Shown here: positions 1-9,340 of the stretch, piece after piece
Layout of the letters: every line of letters starts with the position of its first letter
How positions within the stretch are numbered: position 1 is the stretch's first letter
NCBI GenBank assembly: GCA_024636855.1
Contig: JAGXGG010000049.1
Span: 20,362 to 84,361 of the forward strand
DNA from: Ignavibacteriota bacterium
GTDB taxonomy: Bacteria > Bacteroidota > Ignavibacteria > Kapaibacteriales > UBA2268
Length of the DNA stretch: 64,000 bases
Direction: 5' to 3'
Position numbers and translations under genes: made by a program
The notes under the pieces: generated by a model
Seen by the model: the letters and a program-made list of their open reading frames with translations, nothing else
The model's database searches: none
Told to the model about the DNA's origin: nothing

Positions 1-899
1 GATGGTCTGAGAGTTTCGATGGAGGAGTAACGTGGACTGTAGGGTATGCACAAAAAGATTTTGCTAGAGGTTTAGCAGATAATATAATATTTGTCGGTGG
101 CACTGCTATCTATGCTTGTAGAAGAATTTATCGATTTGAAGAAGTTAATGAGGATATTAATGCCTTTTATTTTAATAGGGTTGATTCAACTGAGTATTGT
201 TTTAATGGGGATGAAGTTCAATTAAAAACATTAATGTCAGTTGAAAACTATATAGAAGAATCAAATAATAGTTTTACTGGTGAAGGTGTAGAATGGGTTA
301 CAAAAAACAATAAAGAGTCAGATCCGTTGAGTGGATTCTATTTTTTCCCTTCTAAAGTAGAACCAGGTGAAATTGAGATTACAAATATCTTCATGAATAA
401 AGCTAGATATAGTACTAGTGCAGTATTACGAGATACAGTATTTAAAATAAAAGTAAATTCACCAGCCAGTGAATTACCAATAATATCTCAAAGATTGGAT
501 ACTTTATTTACGCAATACGCTACAGTTGATTGGTATAGTGAATTATCAAAACAAATAATTCATTCAGGTCGATATTATATTCCAAAAAATAATGAGAATA
601 TATACGCAAAATATTATGATATAAATGGATGTGAACTTACTAGTGAAATTTTCGAATTTACAAAGTCATCTGTTGAATATAATGAAGAAATTATTAGTTT
701 TGGAGAATCTTATTTTAATCTAAATCCCGAAATTTTACCATATATAATTGATATAGAGATTTTTAATATTAATGGTAAAAGAATTAGTTCATTGACCCCA
801 ACTCTAAAAGTATATTATGGGTATTTAGAGAGTGGTTTCTACATACTTAGGATAACTGCTAATAGAAAAGTATATACATATAAACTCAATTCTCATTAG
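1..899 (+). CDS. BNR/Asp-box repeat secreted protein, C-terminal part (5' end outside window), T9SS-type C-terminal tail
   Basis: Frame 3 is open from nt 3 with no stop before the first ATG at 234, so the gene enters from the left edge. Translation starts WSESFDGGVTWTVGY, an Asp-box (S-x-D-x-G-x-T-W). It has a C-x-G-D-E-V-x-L Ig-like motif as in ORF 46862..49228. The last ~70 aa (..GFYILRITANRKVYTYKL) resemble the other Por-secretion tails here. Confidence 0.6.
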   Translation, partial: WSESFDGGVTWTVGYAQKDFARGLADNIIFVGGTAIYACRRIYRFEEVNEDINAFYFNRVDSTEYCFNGDEVQLKTLMSVENYIEESNNSFTGEGVEWVTKNNKESDPLSGFYFFPSKVEPGEIEITNIFMNKARYSTSAVLRDTVFKIKVNSPASELPIISQRLDTLFTQYATVDWYSELSKQIIHSGRYYIPKNNENIYAKYYDINGCELTSEIFEFTKSSVEYNEEIISFGESYFNLNPEILPYIIDIEIFNINGKRISSLTPTLKVYYGYLESGFYILRITANRKVYTYKLNSH

Positions 900-939
900 C
901 AAACCTCAAAAAGTGAACGGAAGTAGGTAAATACTTTAC

Positions 940-1092
940 CTATCCTTTAATCCTATAACTAGTACTCCTACCGCCAGAATCATCTTGTACTAATATTTCT
1001 TTATCTATCAAATCTTGTATTTTCCGAAGGGTGGTATAAGTTGAGCATTTTTCTATTTTTGCCCATTTGGAAGTAGTCAGTTTTCCCATCAT
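940..1092 (-). pseudogene. 3' remnant of a Fic-family gene (C-terminal winged-helix segment only, 50 codons)
   Basis: Hand translation of the minus strand gives MMGKLTTSKWAKIEKCSTYTTLRKIQDLIDKEILVQDDSGGRSTSYRIKG*. This matches the conserved C-terminal 'SKWAKI..S..TALRDI.DLI.KGIL....GGRSTSY' tail of DUF4172/Fic proteins. Only ~60 nt separate it from the upstream gene, so the Fic core is absent. Confidence 0.5.
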
Positions 1093-1116
1093 TTCATCTT
1101 ATACTTCATTAAAGAA

Positions 1117-1138
1117 ATGCCGGAGCTGAGTCCGGCAT
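1117..1138 (-). terminator. hairpin terminator downstream of the SPFH gene
   Basis: Stem ATGCCGGA (1117-1124) / TCCGGCAT (1131-1138), 15 nt after the stop at 1153. On the minus strand it is followed by TTCTTT. Confidence 0.5.
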
Positions 1139-1152
1139 ATTAACATCAATTA

Positions 1153-1995
1153 TTATTTATTGGGATCAATTAAAAATGGAGTTTGACCATTAGTAATAAT
1201 AATTTTAGTATTTGGTGATTTAGACAGATTATCAAAAGCATCAATACTACGCATCTTGATTATATCTTCAGAAAGACCATCTTTTAGTAGTTTCTGAGCA
1301 TCTCTCTGACCTTCAGCTTCTATTACCTTTCTTTTTGCTTCCTGTTTTTCTTTCTCAAGTACGAATTCCATGGTGCTTACTTCACCCTTAGCTTCGATAA
1401 CTTTTCTCTCTGCCTCAAGCTCTTCCTTCTTTAAAAGGTATTGCATTTGCATAACTTCTTGCTCTGCCTGCAGTCTACCTTCAATTGAATTATAAAGACC
1501 AGCAGGAAGCTTGATAGATTTCATCAAAACAGTTTCAATTGTAATGCTTTTCTCCTGAAGATACTCATTCATCCTGTTTGTAATCTCTTTCTCAATCTCA
1601 GCCCTTTTACCCGAGTGCATATCCTTTGCCATGAATCTGGCACATACATCTGCAGCTGTAGAGCGGAAAACACTACTAATTACGCTTTCATAATTCGGAC
1701 CTAATTTTTGGATAAATTCTTGAACATTGTTAGCCTCTATTTTGTAAAGAATAGAAATATTCGCCTCAATATTAAGCCCTTCTTTACTTGGTAAGCTAAG
1801 ATTGACTTCCATATTCACAGTACGTACTGGTATTCTTTCCATAGATGTAAAAAATGGATTTAAAAAATGAAGTCCTGGAGAGTAAGTATCTTCAGATAAT
1901 TTCCCAAGAGTTTTCTTCACTCCTATCTCACCTGGCTGAACGGTAGTACATGCTGTAAAAAGCACAATAGAAAGAAAAATAATAATAAATCTCAT
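1153..1995 (-). CDS. SPFH/band-7 (prohibitin/HflC-like) lipoprotein
   Basis: Lipobox ..VLFTAC. SPFH core (GEIGVKK.LGK...PGLHF.NPF...ER..VRT). C-terminal coiled coil with a repeated ..RKVIEA.G.. motif. Confidence 0.8.
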   Translation of the reverse strand: MRFIIIFLSIVLFTACTTVQPGEIGVKKTLGKLSEDTYSPGLHFLNPFFTSMERIPVRTVNMEVNLSLPSKEGLNIEANISILYKIEANNVQEFIQKLGPNYESVISSVFRSTAADVCARFMAKDMHSGKRAEIEKEITNRMNEYLQEKSITIETVLMKSIKLPAGLYNSIEGRLQAEQEVMQMQYLLKKEELEAERKVIEAKGEVSTMEFVLEKEKQEAKRKVIEAEGQRDAQKLLKDGLSEDIIKMRSIDAFDNLSKSPNTKIIITNGQTPFLIDPNK

Positions 1996-2214
1996 AACAG
2001 TACCTATATATTTTATTTGATTATTCGATTCATATTTTAATTTATTTTACGCTAATGTAGTTCGACAATCCTTTTTCACCTCAAAAGCAAGTTATTTGAC
2101 CTAATTTATGCGGAGATTAGCTATTTTATTCATCGCATCCTCTCAATTATTATTACAAAATGAGATTATTTCATTAATTTAAATAAATTCATAATCCTAA
2201 AATCATCTAAATAA

Positions 2215-3183
2215 ATGAAAAATCTCAAAGTTCCTTTTATAGTTACATTAACTCTAGTTTTAGCATTCAGCAAAGTTTTATCAAATGATATTTATTCAGT
2301 CTCTAAATTCGTTAGTGTTGATGTTGGTAAAGAGTTGATAGTACAAGATGATGATTATTCTGCTTCTCTTTCCCAATTCGATTTAGAGTTAAGAGTGCAT
2401 AATACAGAGCCAACTTTAGATAATTTGAACAAGTTTACACAAAAGCAGGTTCTGGATTGGTCAGACTCTGAATACCACACACTTGATTCACTAATAAAAG
2501 TGATTTCTGATATAGCCATTGAAAAAGGATTCAACTTCCAACTACCTGACCAAATTGCTTTCATCAAGACAACTATGAATGAGAACAAAGGCGCTGGGGG
2601 ATATACTCGACTCAACTATATTGTACTTAGTGAAGATGTTTTTAAAATGCCAAGTAATAGAATTAAGAATGTTATTGCACATGAGCTTTTTCATGTAATT
2701 TCTAGATATAATCCTGAACTCCGAACTGAACTTTATTCAGTTATTGTTTTCACAACTTGCAATAAGATAGATATAACAACTGACTTGAAGAATTATACAA
2801 TCTCTAATCCTGATGCACCTAATATAGATGCATATATAACACTCAAAGATAAGAATGGTGAACAAGAAAAATGTGCTATGGTGCTATACTCTGACAAAGA
2901 CTATGATGGAGGTATAATGTTTGATTACTTGAAGGTAGGTTTTCTTAAATTATCTTCTAATGATAATAAAAATATGGTGTTATTCACTCAGAATGATGAA
3001 GAAAAAATCTATAATGTAGGCGAAATCACTGGATTTTTCGAACAAATAGGATCCAACACTCAGTACATAATCCATCCAGAAGAAATAGTGGCGTCAAACT
3101 TCGAATTACTATTCGATGACAATCCAACTGTAAATAGTGTAGAAATACTCTCCAATATTGAAGAAATATTAAAGAAAAATTAG
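2215..3183 (+). CDS. secreted hypothetical protein with HExxH zinc-metalloprotease motif
   Basis: N-terminal signal peptide. Single HELFH motif (VIAHELFHVISRYNP). No other family recognised. Confidence 0.4.
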   Translation: MKNLKVPFIVTLTLVLAFSKVLSNDIYSVSKFVSVDVGKELIVQDDDYSASLSQFDLELRVHNTEPTLDNLNKFTQKQVLDWSDSEYHTLDSLIKVISDIAIEKGFNFQLPDQIAFIKTTMNENKGAGGYTRLNYIVLSEDVFKMPSNRIKNVIAHELFHVISRYNPELRTELYSVIVFTTCNKIDITTDLKNYTISNPDAPNIDAYITLKDKNGEQEKCAMVLYSDKDYDGGIMFDYLKVGFLKLSSNDNKNMVLFTQNDEEKIYNVGEITGFFEQIGSNTQYIIHPEEIVASNFELLFDDNPTVNSVEILSNIEEILKKN

Positions 3184-4646
3184 CCTTTATCGTCCAATAC
3201 TTCTTTAAATACTTCCAAGTATCCTTTGGCACATCTTCTAGAAGAGTGATTCTCTGCCATACCGTTTAGGCGAACTTTTTCTATATGGTCTTTAGATTTA
3301 TACAAATCTATTGCTCGGCGAATAGATGCTTCTAATTCATCTCTATTATAGTGGGGGAATGAGATACCATTTCCAGTCCCTTTTTCAGCTGAGTAATTTG
3401 AAATTGTGTCTGCTAAACCGCCTGTTGCTCTTACAATTGGGATAGTCCCATATTTTAGTGCATACATCTGAGTAAGTCCACATGGCTCATATTTAGAAGG
3501 CATTAGCAAGAAATCGGAAGCAGCTATTAATTTGTGAGCTTCTCTATCGCTATAATTAAGTTGCAATATTACATTCTCGGGAAATAGATTTTTAGCTTCT
3601 ATTACCAAATCTTCGTATTTTTCTTGTCCTTCGCCGAGTACTGCCAATATGAACTTATTCGTGTTTAATAGTTTTGAAAGCTTATTTTCTAATATATCTA
3701 GTCCTTTCTGCTCTGTAAGTCTACTAACAAAAGATATAAGTGGAAGAGTACACATTTTTTCTGGTATTCCTGCTCCACGAAGGTATTCTAATTTCAATTC
3801 TTCTTTTATTTCCAAGCTATTCGAATCATATTTTTTACTTAGGTAAGTATCTATAGAAGGATTCCATACTCTGTAATTAACACCGTTGAGTACTCCAGTT
3901 ATATCACGCAACCGGCTGTTAATAGCATCTTGCATACCTTCGCTATAGTATGGTTCTTTTATTTCTTCGGCATAAGTTGGGCTTACAGTTAGTATCCTAT
4001 CTGCATACATAATTCCTGTTTTCATGAAGTTAACTTTTCCTTCATGTTCGAACCAAGAACCAACTTCAAATTCCTTATGCTTTAGTCCCGTAAAATCCAT
4101 TACTCTATATTTATCATATACACCTTGATACGAAAGATTATGTATGGTGAATACAGTCCCAGTATTAGCAAAAAGCGGTTCATTTTTGTATTGAGCTTTT
4201 AGTATTGGCATAATGAATGAAGTATGATAGTCATGGCAATTAACTATATCGGGGCTGAAGTTAATAGCTTTACATAATTCGGGGACAGCTTTACAGAAAA
4301 ATAAAAAACGACGATCATCATCTTCGTCTTCGTTTCTATCTCCATAGACATATTCTTCATCGAAAAACTCATCGTGACCAATTAAAAAAATACGTGCATC
4401 GCTATTAGGGAAGCTGCCGCTATATACTGTAGCTGTCTCCTTACCGAAACCCATAGGAACTTCGAAGGAAATATCAGTTTTTCGTAGTCCATAGGCTGCT
4501 TTATCTATTGACTTATAGCCGGGTAGAACTCCAATAACATCATGTCCCATATCACCCCATTCTATACAGAGGTAAGAAGTAACATCTGCCATTCCACCAC
4601 CTTTGGCAAATGGGTTGATTTCTGCGGCTGCTAATAGTATATTCAT
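3180..4646 (-). CDS. glgA: glycogen (starch) synthase
   Basis: N-terminal AAEINPFAKGGGMADV (K-x-G-G motif). GT5/GT1 fold length of 488 aa. C-terminal EPCGLTQMYALKYGTIPIVRATGGLADT. Confidence 0.92.
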   Translation of the reverse strand: MNILLAAAEINPFAKGGGMADVTSYLCIEWGDMGHDVIGVLPGYKSIDKAAYGLRKTDISFEVPMGFGKETATVYSGSFPNSDARIFLIGHDEFFDEEYVYGDRNEDEDDDRRFLFFCKAVPELCKAINFSPDIVNCHDYHTSFIMPILKAQYKNEPLFANTGTVFTIHNLSYQGVYDKYRVMDFTGLKHKEFEVGSWFEHEGKVNFMKTGIMYADRILTVSPTYAEEIKEPYYSEGMQDAINSRLRDITGVLNGVNYRVWNPSIDTYLSKKYDSNSLEIKEELKLEYLRGAGIPEKMCTLPLISFVSRLTEQKGLDILENKLSKLLNTNKFILAVLGEGQEKYEDLVIEAKNLFPENVILQLNYSDREAHKLIAASDFLLMPSKYEPCGLTQMYALKYGTIPIVRATGGLADTISNYSAEKGTGNGISFPHYNRDELEASIRRAIDLYKSKDHIEKVRLNGMAENHSSRRCAKGYLEVFKEVLDDKG

Positions 4647-4702
4647 ATTAATTTCTTAAATTGTAATCACATTTATATATTCTACAATTATAATATAAAG
4701 CA

Positions 4703-5524
4703 ATGAGCGTTAATAAAAAAATAAAAGAAAAAACAGTTACTACTCTAAGATTACAAGAAATGAAAAATGCAGGAATCAAAATCTCCTGCCTTACCGCTTA
4801 TGACGCTCTAACAGCAAATATATTCGATGAAGCTGGTATTGACTTATTATTAGTTGGTGATTCACTTGGCAATGTATTCCAAGGAGAGGAAACTACTCTT
4901 CCAGTTACATTAGAGCAAACGATATACCACAGCAAAGCCGTAGTAAAAGGTGCTAAAAGAGCATTAGTCGTATCGGATATGCCATTTATGACCTATCAAG
5001 TCTCAGCTAATGAAGCATTCAGAAATGCTGGGCGTTTGATGAAAGAAGCTGGATGTTCTGCAGTGAAGCTAGAGGGAGGTAAGAACGTAACAAAAGCTAT
5101 TAGAAAAATGACTGAAGCCGGAATTCCTGTAATGGGACATTTGGGTTTAACTCCTCAGAGTATCAACAAATTCGGCTCATATAGAGCTAGGGGCAAGGAC
5201 CCGGACGAAGCTCAACATATAATAGATGACGCACAAAGATTGCAAGATGCTGGTGCCTTTTCTGTTGTATTAGAGAAAATCCCTGCTGCATTGGGCAAGA
5301 AAATCACAGAAATGCTAGAGATACCAACAATAGGAATTGGTGCTGGTGCTCATTGTGATGGGCAGATATTAGTTTATACAGATATGATGGGTTTAACTGT
5401 AGATTTCAACCCTAGATTTGTTCGCCAATATGCCGAGTTGAACAAAGTATATACTGAATCCGTAAAACAATATATAACTGATGTACAAACTAATGATTTC
5501 CCAAATGAATCAGAATCTTACTAA
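4703..5524 (+). CDS. panB: 3-methyl-2-oxobutanoate hydroxymethyltransferase
   Basis: CLTAYD...LLVGDSLGNV..G...T..VTL..M.YH..AV ... VKLEGG ... GHLGLTPQS; typical length of 273 aa. Confidence 0.93.
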   Translation: MSVNKKIKEKTVTTLRLQEMKNAGIKISCLTAYDALTANIFDEAGIDLLLVGDSLGNVFQGEETTLPVTLEQTIYHSKAVVKGAKRALVVSDMPFMTYQVSANEAFRNAGRLMKEAGCSAVKLEGGKNVTKAIRKMTEAGIPVMGHLGLTPQSINKFGSYRARGKDPDEAQHIIDDAQRLQDAGAFSVVLEKIPAALGKKITEMLEIPTIGIGAGAHCDGQILVYTDMMGLTVDFNPRFVRQYAELNKVYTESVKQYITDVQTNDFPNESESY

Positions 5525-5921
5525 ATATTTACTAGCAATTGCAGTTATTAGCGCTTTTGCTATTATAAGTGCATGTTCTAATACTGTGCAGAGTTCGAGT
5601 GATTTACGTTTCCCAGAAGAAGATGGGGAAGAGGTTAGCTTCTTTAAACACGTAAAACCGTTTATGCAATATACATGTGCAACTGCTGCTTGCCATGATG
5701 ATTTCACTCAAGCAGGTGGTATAAGCTTAACTGAATACTACACCTATTTCCAATCTTCTAGTATTGGCTTGGTAGTAAGAGGTAATCCGGATGCGTCAAG
5801 ACTAAATCAAATATTAGAAGGTAAAAATATACACCTCTTCAATTACAACCGCGAATTACCTACAAAAAACCAGCAAGAAGGCATGCGCCGCTGGGTACTT
5901 AATGGTGCCCCGAATAACTAG
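5481..5921 (+). CDS. exported lipoprotein with planctomycete-cytochrome-c-like segment and a single C-x4-CH motif
   Basis: Lipobox AIISAC. FFKHVKPFMQYTCATAACHDD..AGGISL resembles the PSCyt1-type F..I.PIL...C..CH....GGL.L pattern, but with CX4CH. The longest ORF overlaps panB by 44 nt, so an internal Met at 5505 is the more likely start. Confidence 0.45.
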   Translation: MYKLMISQMNQNLTKYLLAIAVISAFAIISACSNTVQSSSDLRFPEEDGEEVSFFKHVKPFMQYTCATAACHDDFTQAGGISLTEYYTYFQSSSIGLVVRGNPDASRLNQILEGKNIHLFNYNRELPTKNQQEGMRRWVLNGAPNN

Positions 5922-6010
5922 GTTGTCTTTTATCCTCAGAATCAGGAATAAACGGATTTATAGATTACTCGGATTACTTGCTTTAAGAAGTGTAAAAACG
6001 TATTCCAAAA

Positions 6011-6042
6011 GCCACGTCTATCCTGAACGGAGTGAAGGATCC
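6011..6042 (+). repeat. GTCAYYCTGA-CG-AG-GAAG dispersed intergenic repeat, copy C1
   Basis: gccacgtctatcctgaacggagtgaaggatcc. Related copies in the opposite orientation lie at 15381-15412, 29288-29323 and 34931-34962. Partial 'ttgtcatc' units lie at 6077-6087 and 6091-6101. Confidence 0.6.
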
Positions 6043-6173
6043 AAAAGAACTGCTAAGCAGTTCAATAATAGTAGTAATTTGTCATCTAGTAACTTGTCAT
6101 CCGTTGCTAAATTCAATGGCAATACTTTTATCCTAATCTCAAAAAAATAAATTTTACTTAAAATCTATAACAT

Positions 6174-6208
6174 AAAAAAAGGTCGCTCTCAGTTAAGAAA
6201 GCGACCTT
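6174..6208 (-). terminator. rho-independent terminator of the TBDR/beta-helix operon
   Basis: Stem GGTCGCT (6181-6187) / AGCGACC (6200-6206), with A7 on the plus strand (T7 after the hairpin on the minus strand), 31 nt past the stop at 6239. Confidence 0.75.
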
Positions 6209-6238
6209 ATTCAAATCGTAGTAGCGTATGCTTGGAAT

Positions 6239-9200
6239 TTATTTTACTATTACTTTCTGAGTAAATGTACCATAGTCAGTTGTCATTTGGATAAAGTATG
6301 CACCTGATACCAAGTTATTAGGTGTCCAAGTAATACCCCAGTTACCCTGAGTCATATACTTAGATACTAAACCTTCTAGTTTGTTACCAGTAGCATCATA
6401 TACATCCATAGTTACCATAGTAGATTGAGTTAACTCAAACTCTATGTTTGTTAGCTTTTCAACTGGATTAGGATATAAATTAATATTACTTACTTTATCA
6501 AAGTTTGATAATGCATTGTTATTCCATTTTACTGAAGCTATTACACCAATATTCGGGTTCATTGCACCACTAGTACTCATAACGTTGAACGCATTAAGAG
6601 CAGTCCAATCTACAGCCCAGTTAGTATTTCCAAATGCACCGATATAGTCAGTTTGAGTATGGAAACCATTGTTAGGTAATTGCTTCACACCCGACCATGC
6701 TGGACCTTGTGCTGGACGTGGATCTAAGCCCCAAGAATCTTGCATTCTATCGATTGATGCTAAGTTTGGATTAACTATCTTATTACCATTTACAGAATTA
6801 CTGAGGTAAGTTCTTAATGATTCTAAAGAATATCCTTTTATTATTTTTCCACCAGATTCTGTATCTGGTACATCAGGAGCTATATCATTAAGTGTCGGCA
6901 TTTCTTTACCTGCTATGTTCCACCATATCATGTTTTGAAGGTGTAAATCACCACTTGCTAATCTTGATTCAGAATCCTGTCCATTTTCTAGGTCTTCTAG
7001 GTCTAGACCTTTTTCACTTTGTTCTGTTACGATACCGTTTATATATTTACCACCAGCATTATCTCTAAAGTGAAGTCCCATAGATTTAGTATTGCCAGAG
7101 TTAGCACCAGAACCTATATAAGTTACATTAGCGATTTGAGGTATAGCATATGGCATAGAATCATCAGGCTTATTCCCACCATCGTGTTCACCAGCCATGT
7201 TACCAGTGTTCGGAGCTTGAATAGAGAACCAGAATTGACCCATACCGTTGAAACCTTCATCGTAATCAAATGAATCATCACCGTTAAAAGCAGATACTAA
7301 GTATTTAGTGTTTACATTACCTCCGAACCACTCGAAACCATCGTCTTTGTTGAATATTACTTCAACGAATTCGATAGTAGTACCAGCACCAACTGCACCC
7401 ATAGTAAGACCGTTGATTTCATTTCCTTCACCGATATCTGAACCACCGTGACGGATTGAAACATATTTAACTATTCCAGAGTTATCCATTGGATCATTAC
7501 CACCGTATTTACCTAACTGGTTATTCTCAGGAATACCTTCGATGTTTCTTACTGTCTCAGGATTATTTGTTGGGCCATTACCTAATATAATTAGACCACC
7601 CCAAAGACCTGTTTCTTCCATAGGGAAATCAGTATCATCATAAGGATCATCACCTTCGAATGTGAAGATGATAGGTTGAGAAGGAGTACCTTCTGCATAA
7701 ATTTTACCACCGCGAGCTATGATTAATGCAGAAGCATTTGATTCTTGTCCTGGTTTACCTTGGATGATAGTACCTGGCTCTATCCATAGTTCAGCACCAT
7801 CTTCAACGAATACAAATCTGTCAAGTACATAGATGTTATCGTTTGTAAACCATTTTTTCTCTCCAGCTTTTATCCAATCATCGTTAACAACAACTGTGTT
7901 TGAAGCAACTTGGCGACTTACTTCGAAGAAGTAAAGGGCAGTCCAACGTGCAAACCACATATCACCTGGAGCAAAAGCACCAATATAATCTACATCTTGG
8001 ATAAAACTATCATTCAATTTTAGTGTTTGATTAGTTGCAGCAGCTGAGGATGGAGTAGGAGTAGGATTGAATAACCCGTTTTGTCCTCTATCTATTTTAT
8101 TTAATCCTGGATCAGTAATCCAGTTGTTATTACTAGCATTTGCTAGATAATCACGAGCAGGTTGTAATGAGTATCCTTTTATTACTTTTCCACCAGACTC
8201 TGTATCTGGTACATCAGGAGCTATATCAGTCAAACTAGGATTAGTCTTACTGTTTATATCCCACCAGATATTGCTTTTAAGTGCTAAATCGCCAGTTGCT
8301 AATCTGTTACCAGAATCTTCACCGTTCTCTAAATCTTCTATGTTCAATCCCCAAGTAGTAAAGCCAGTAAAGATTGAGTTATAATATTTACCACCAGCAT
8401 TGTCTCTTAACATTAAGCCTGCTGATTTAACATTACCAGAGTTAGCACCCGAACCGATATAAGTTACATTCGAAATAACAGGTCTAGCATAAGGCTGAGA
8501 GTCATCTGGCTTATTACCACCATCGTGTTCACCACCTTGATTACCTGTGTTTGTTGCTTGCAATGCTAACCAAAACTGTCCTTTACCATTGAATCCTTCA
8601 TCATAATCGAATGCATCATCGCCGTTGAACGCAGATACTAGATATCTAGTATTCACATTACCACCGAACCATTCGAATCCATCATCTTTGTTATATATTA
8701 CTTCTACATATTCGATAGTAGTACCAGCACCAACAGCACCCATAGTAAGACCGTTGATTTCGTTACCTTCACCGATATCTGATCCACCGTGACGGATAGA
8801 TACGTAGCGTAAAACACCTGAATTATCCATAGGGTCATTACCACCGTATTTACCTAATTGGTTATTCTCAGGAATACCTTCGATATTTCTTACTGTTTCA
8901 GGGTTATTAGTAGGAGCGTTACCTAATATTATTAGTCCACCCCATAGTCCAGTTTCTTCCATTGGATAGTCAGTATCATCATAAGGATCATCACCTTCGA
9001 ATGTGAAGATGATTGGTTTGTCTGGAGTTCCTTCTGCATAAATTTTACCACCGCGAGCAATGATTAATGCCGATGCGTTTGATTCTTGTCCTGGTTTACC
9101 TTGTATTACTGTTCCTGGTTCTATCCATAGTTCCGCACCGTCTTCGACGAATACGAATCTGTCTAGAACGTAGATATTATCTGCCGTCATTGTCTTTATT

Positions 9201-9301
9201 TCACCAGCATTTATCCAACTATCTGTTACTGTGATAGTTTCTGCTTGTGATGTGTGTCCTACTATCATCATCGTTATGATCAATTGTAGTAATTTTTGCA
9301 T
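6239..9301 (-). CDS. internally duplicated secreted beta-helix-like protein with T9SS C-terminal sorting domain (TBDR-linked)
   Basis: Signal peptide, then two 447-aa modules (1341-nt period), each with NGLTMGAVGAGTTIE.VEVI.NKDDGFEWFGGNVN and GEHDGGNKPDD motifs. C-terminal LYPNPVEKLTNIEFEL...GAYFIQMTT..GTFTQKVIVK tail. The gap to the upstream TonB-dependent receptor is 39 nt. Confidence 0.7.
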   Translation of the reverse strand: MQKLLQLIITMMIVGHTSQAETITVTDSWINAGEIKTMTADNIYVLDRFVFVEDGAELWIEPGTVIQGKPGQESNASALIIARGGKIYAEGTPDKPIIFTFEGDDPYDDTDYPMEETGLWGGLIILGNAPTNNPETVRNIEGIPENNQLGKYGGNDPMDNSGVLRYVSIRHGGSDIGEGNEINGLTMGAVGAGTTIEYVEVIYNKDDGFEWFGGNVNTRYLVSAFNGDDAFDYDEGFNGKGQFWLALQATNTGNQGGEHDGGNKPDDSQPYARPVISNVTYIGSGANSGNVKSAGLMLRDNAGGKYYNSIFTGFTTWGLNIEDLENGEDSGNRLATGDLALKSNIWWDINSKTNPSLTDIAPDVPDTESGGKVIKGYSLQPARDYLANASNNNWITDPGLNKIDRGQNGLFNPTPTPSSAAATNQTLKLNDSFIQDVDYIGAFAPGDMWFARWTALYFFEVSRQVASNTVVVNDDWIKAGEKKWFTNDNIYVLDRFVFVEDGAELWIEPGTIIQGKPGQESNASALIIARGGKIYAEGTPSQPIIFTFEGDDPYDDTDFPMEETGLWGGLIILGNGPTNNPETVRNIEGIPENNQLGKYGGNDPMDNSGIVKYVSIRHGGSDIGEGNEINGLTMGAVGAGTTIEFVEVIFNKDDGFEWFGGNVNTKYLVSAFNGDDSFDYDEGFNGMGQFWFSIQAPNTGNMAGEHDGGNKPDDSMPYAIPQIANVTYIGSGANSGNTKSMGLHFRDNAGGKYINGIVTEQSEKGLDLEDLENGQDSESRLASGDLHLQNMIWWNIAGKEMPTLNDIAPDVPDTESGGKIIKGYSLESLRTYLSNSVNGNKIVNPNLASIDRMQDSWGLDPRPAQGPAWSGVKQLPNNGFHTQTDYIGAFGNTNWAVDWTALNAFNVMSTSGAMNPNIGVIASVKWNNNALSNFDKVSNINLYPNPVEKLTNIEFELTQSTMVTMDVYDATGNKLEGLVSKYMTQGNWGITWTPNNLVSGAYFIQMTTDYGTFTQKVIVK

Positions 9302-9340
9302 CCTATAAACTCCTAATAAAGTATTATAATAAAAAAATAA

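Noticed and set aside
5902-6150. 82-aa ORF in the panB-downstream gap
   Set aside because: It is a read-through of the GTCAYYCTGA repeat (..YPERSEGS..) and of ttgtcatc partial repeats. It is low-complexity (SSNLSSSNLSS) and has no start context, so it is treated as non-coding repeat DNA.
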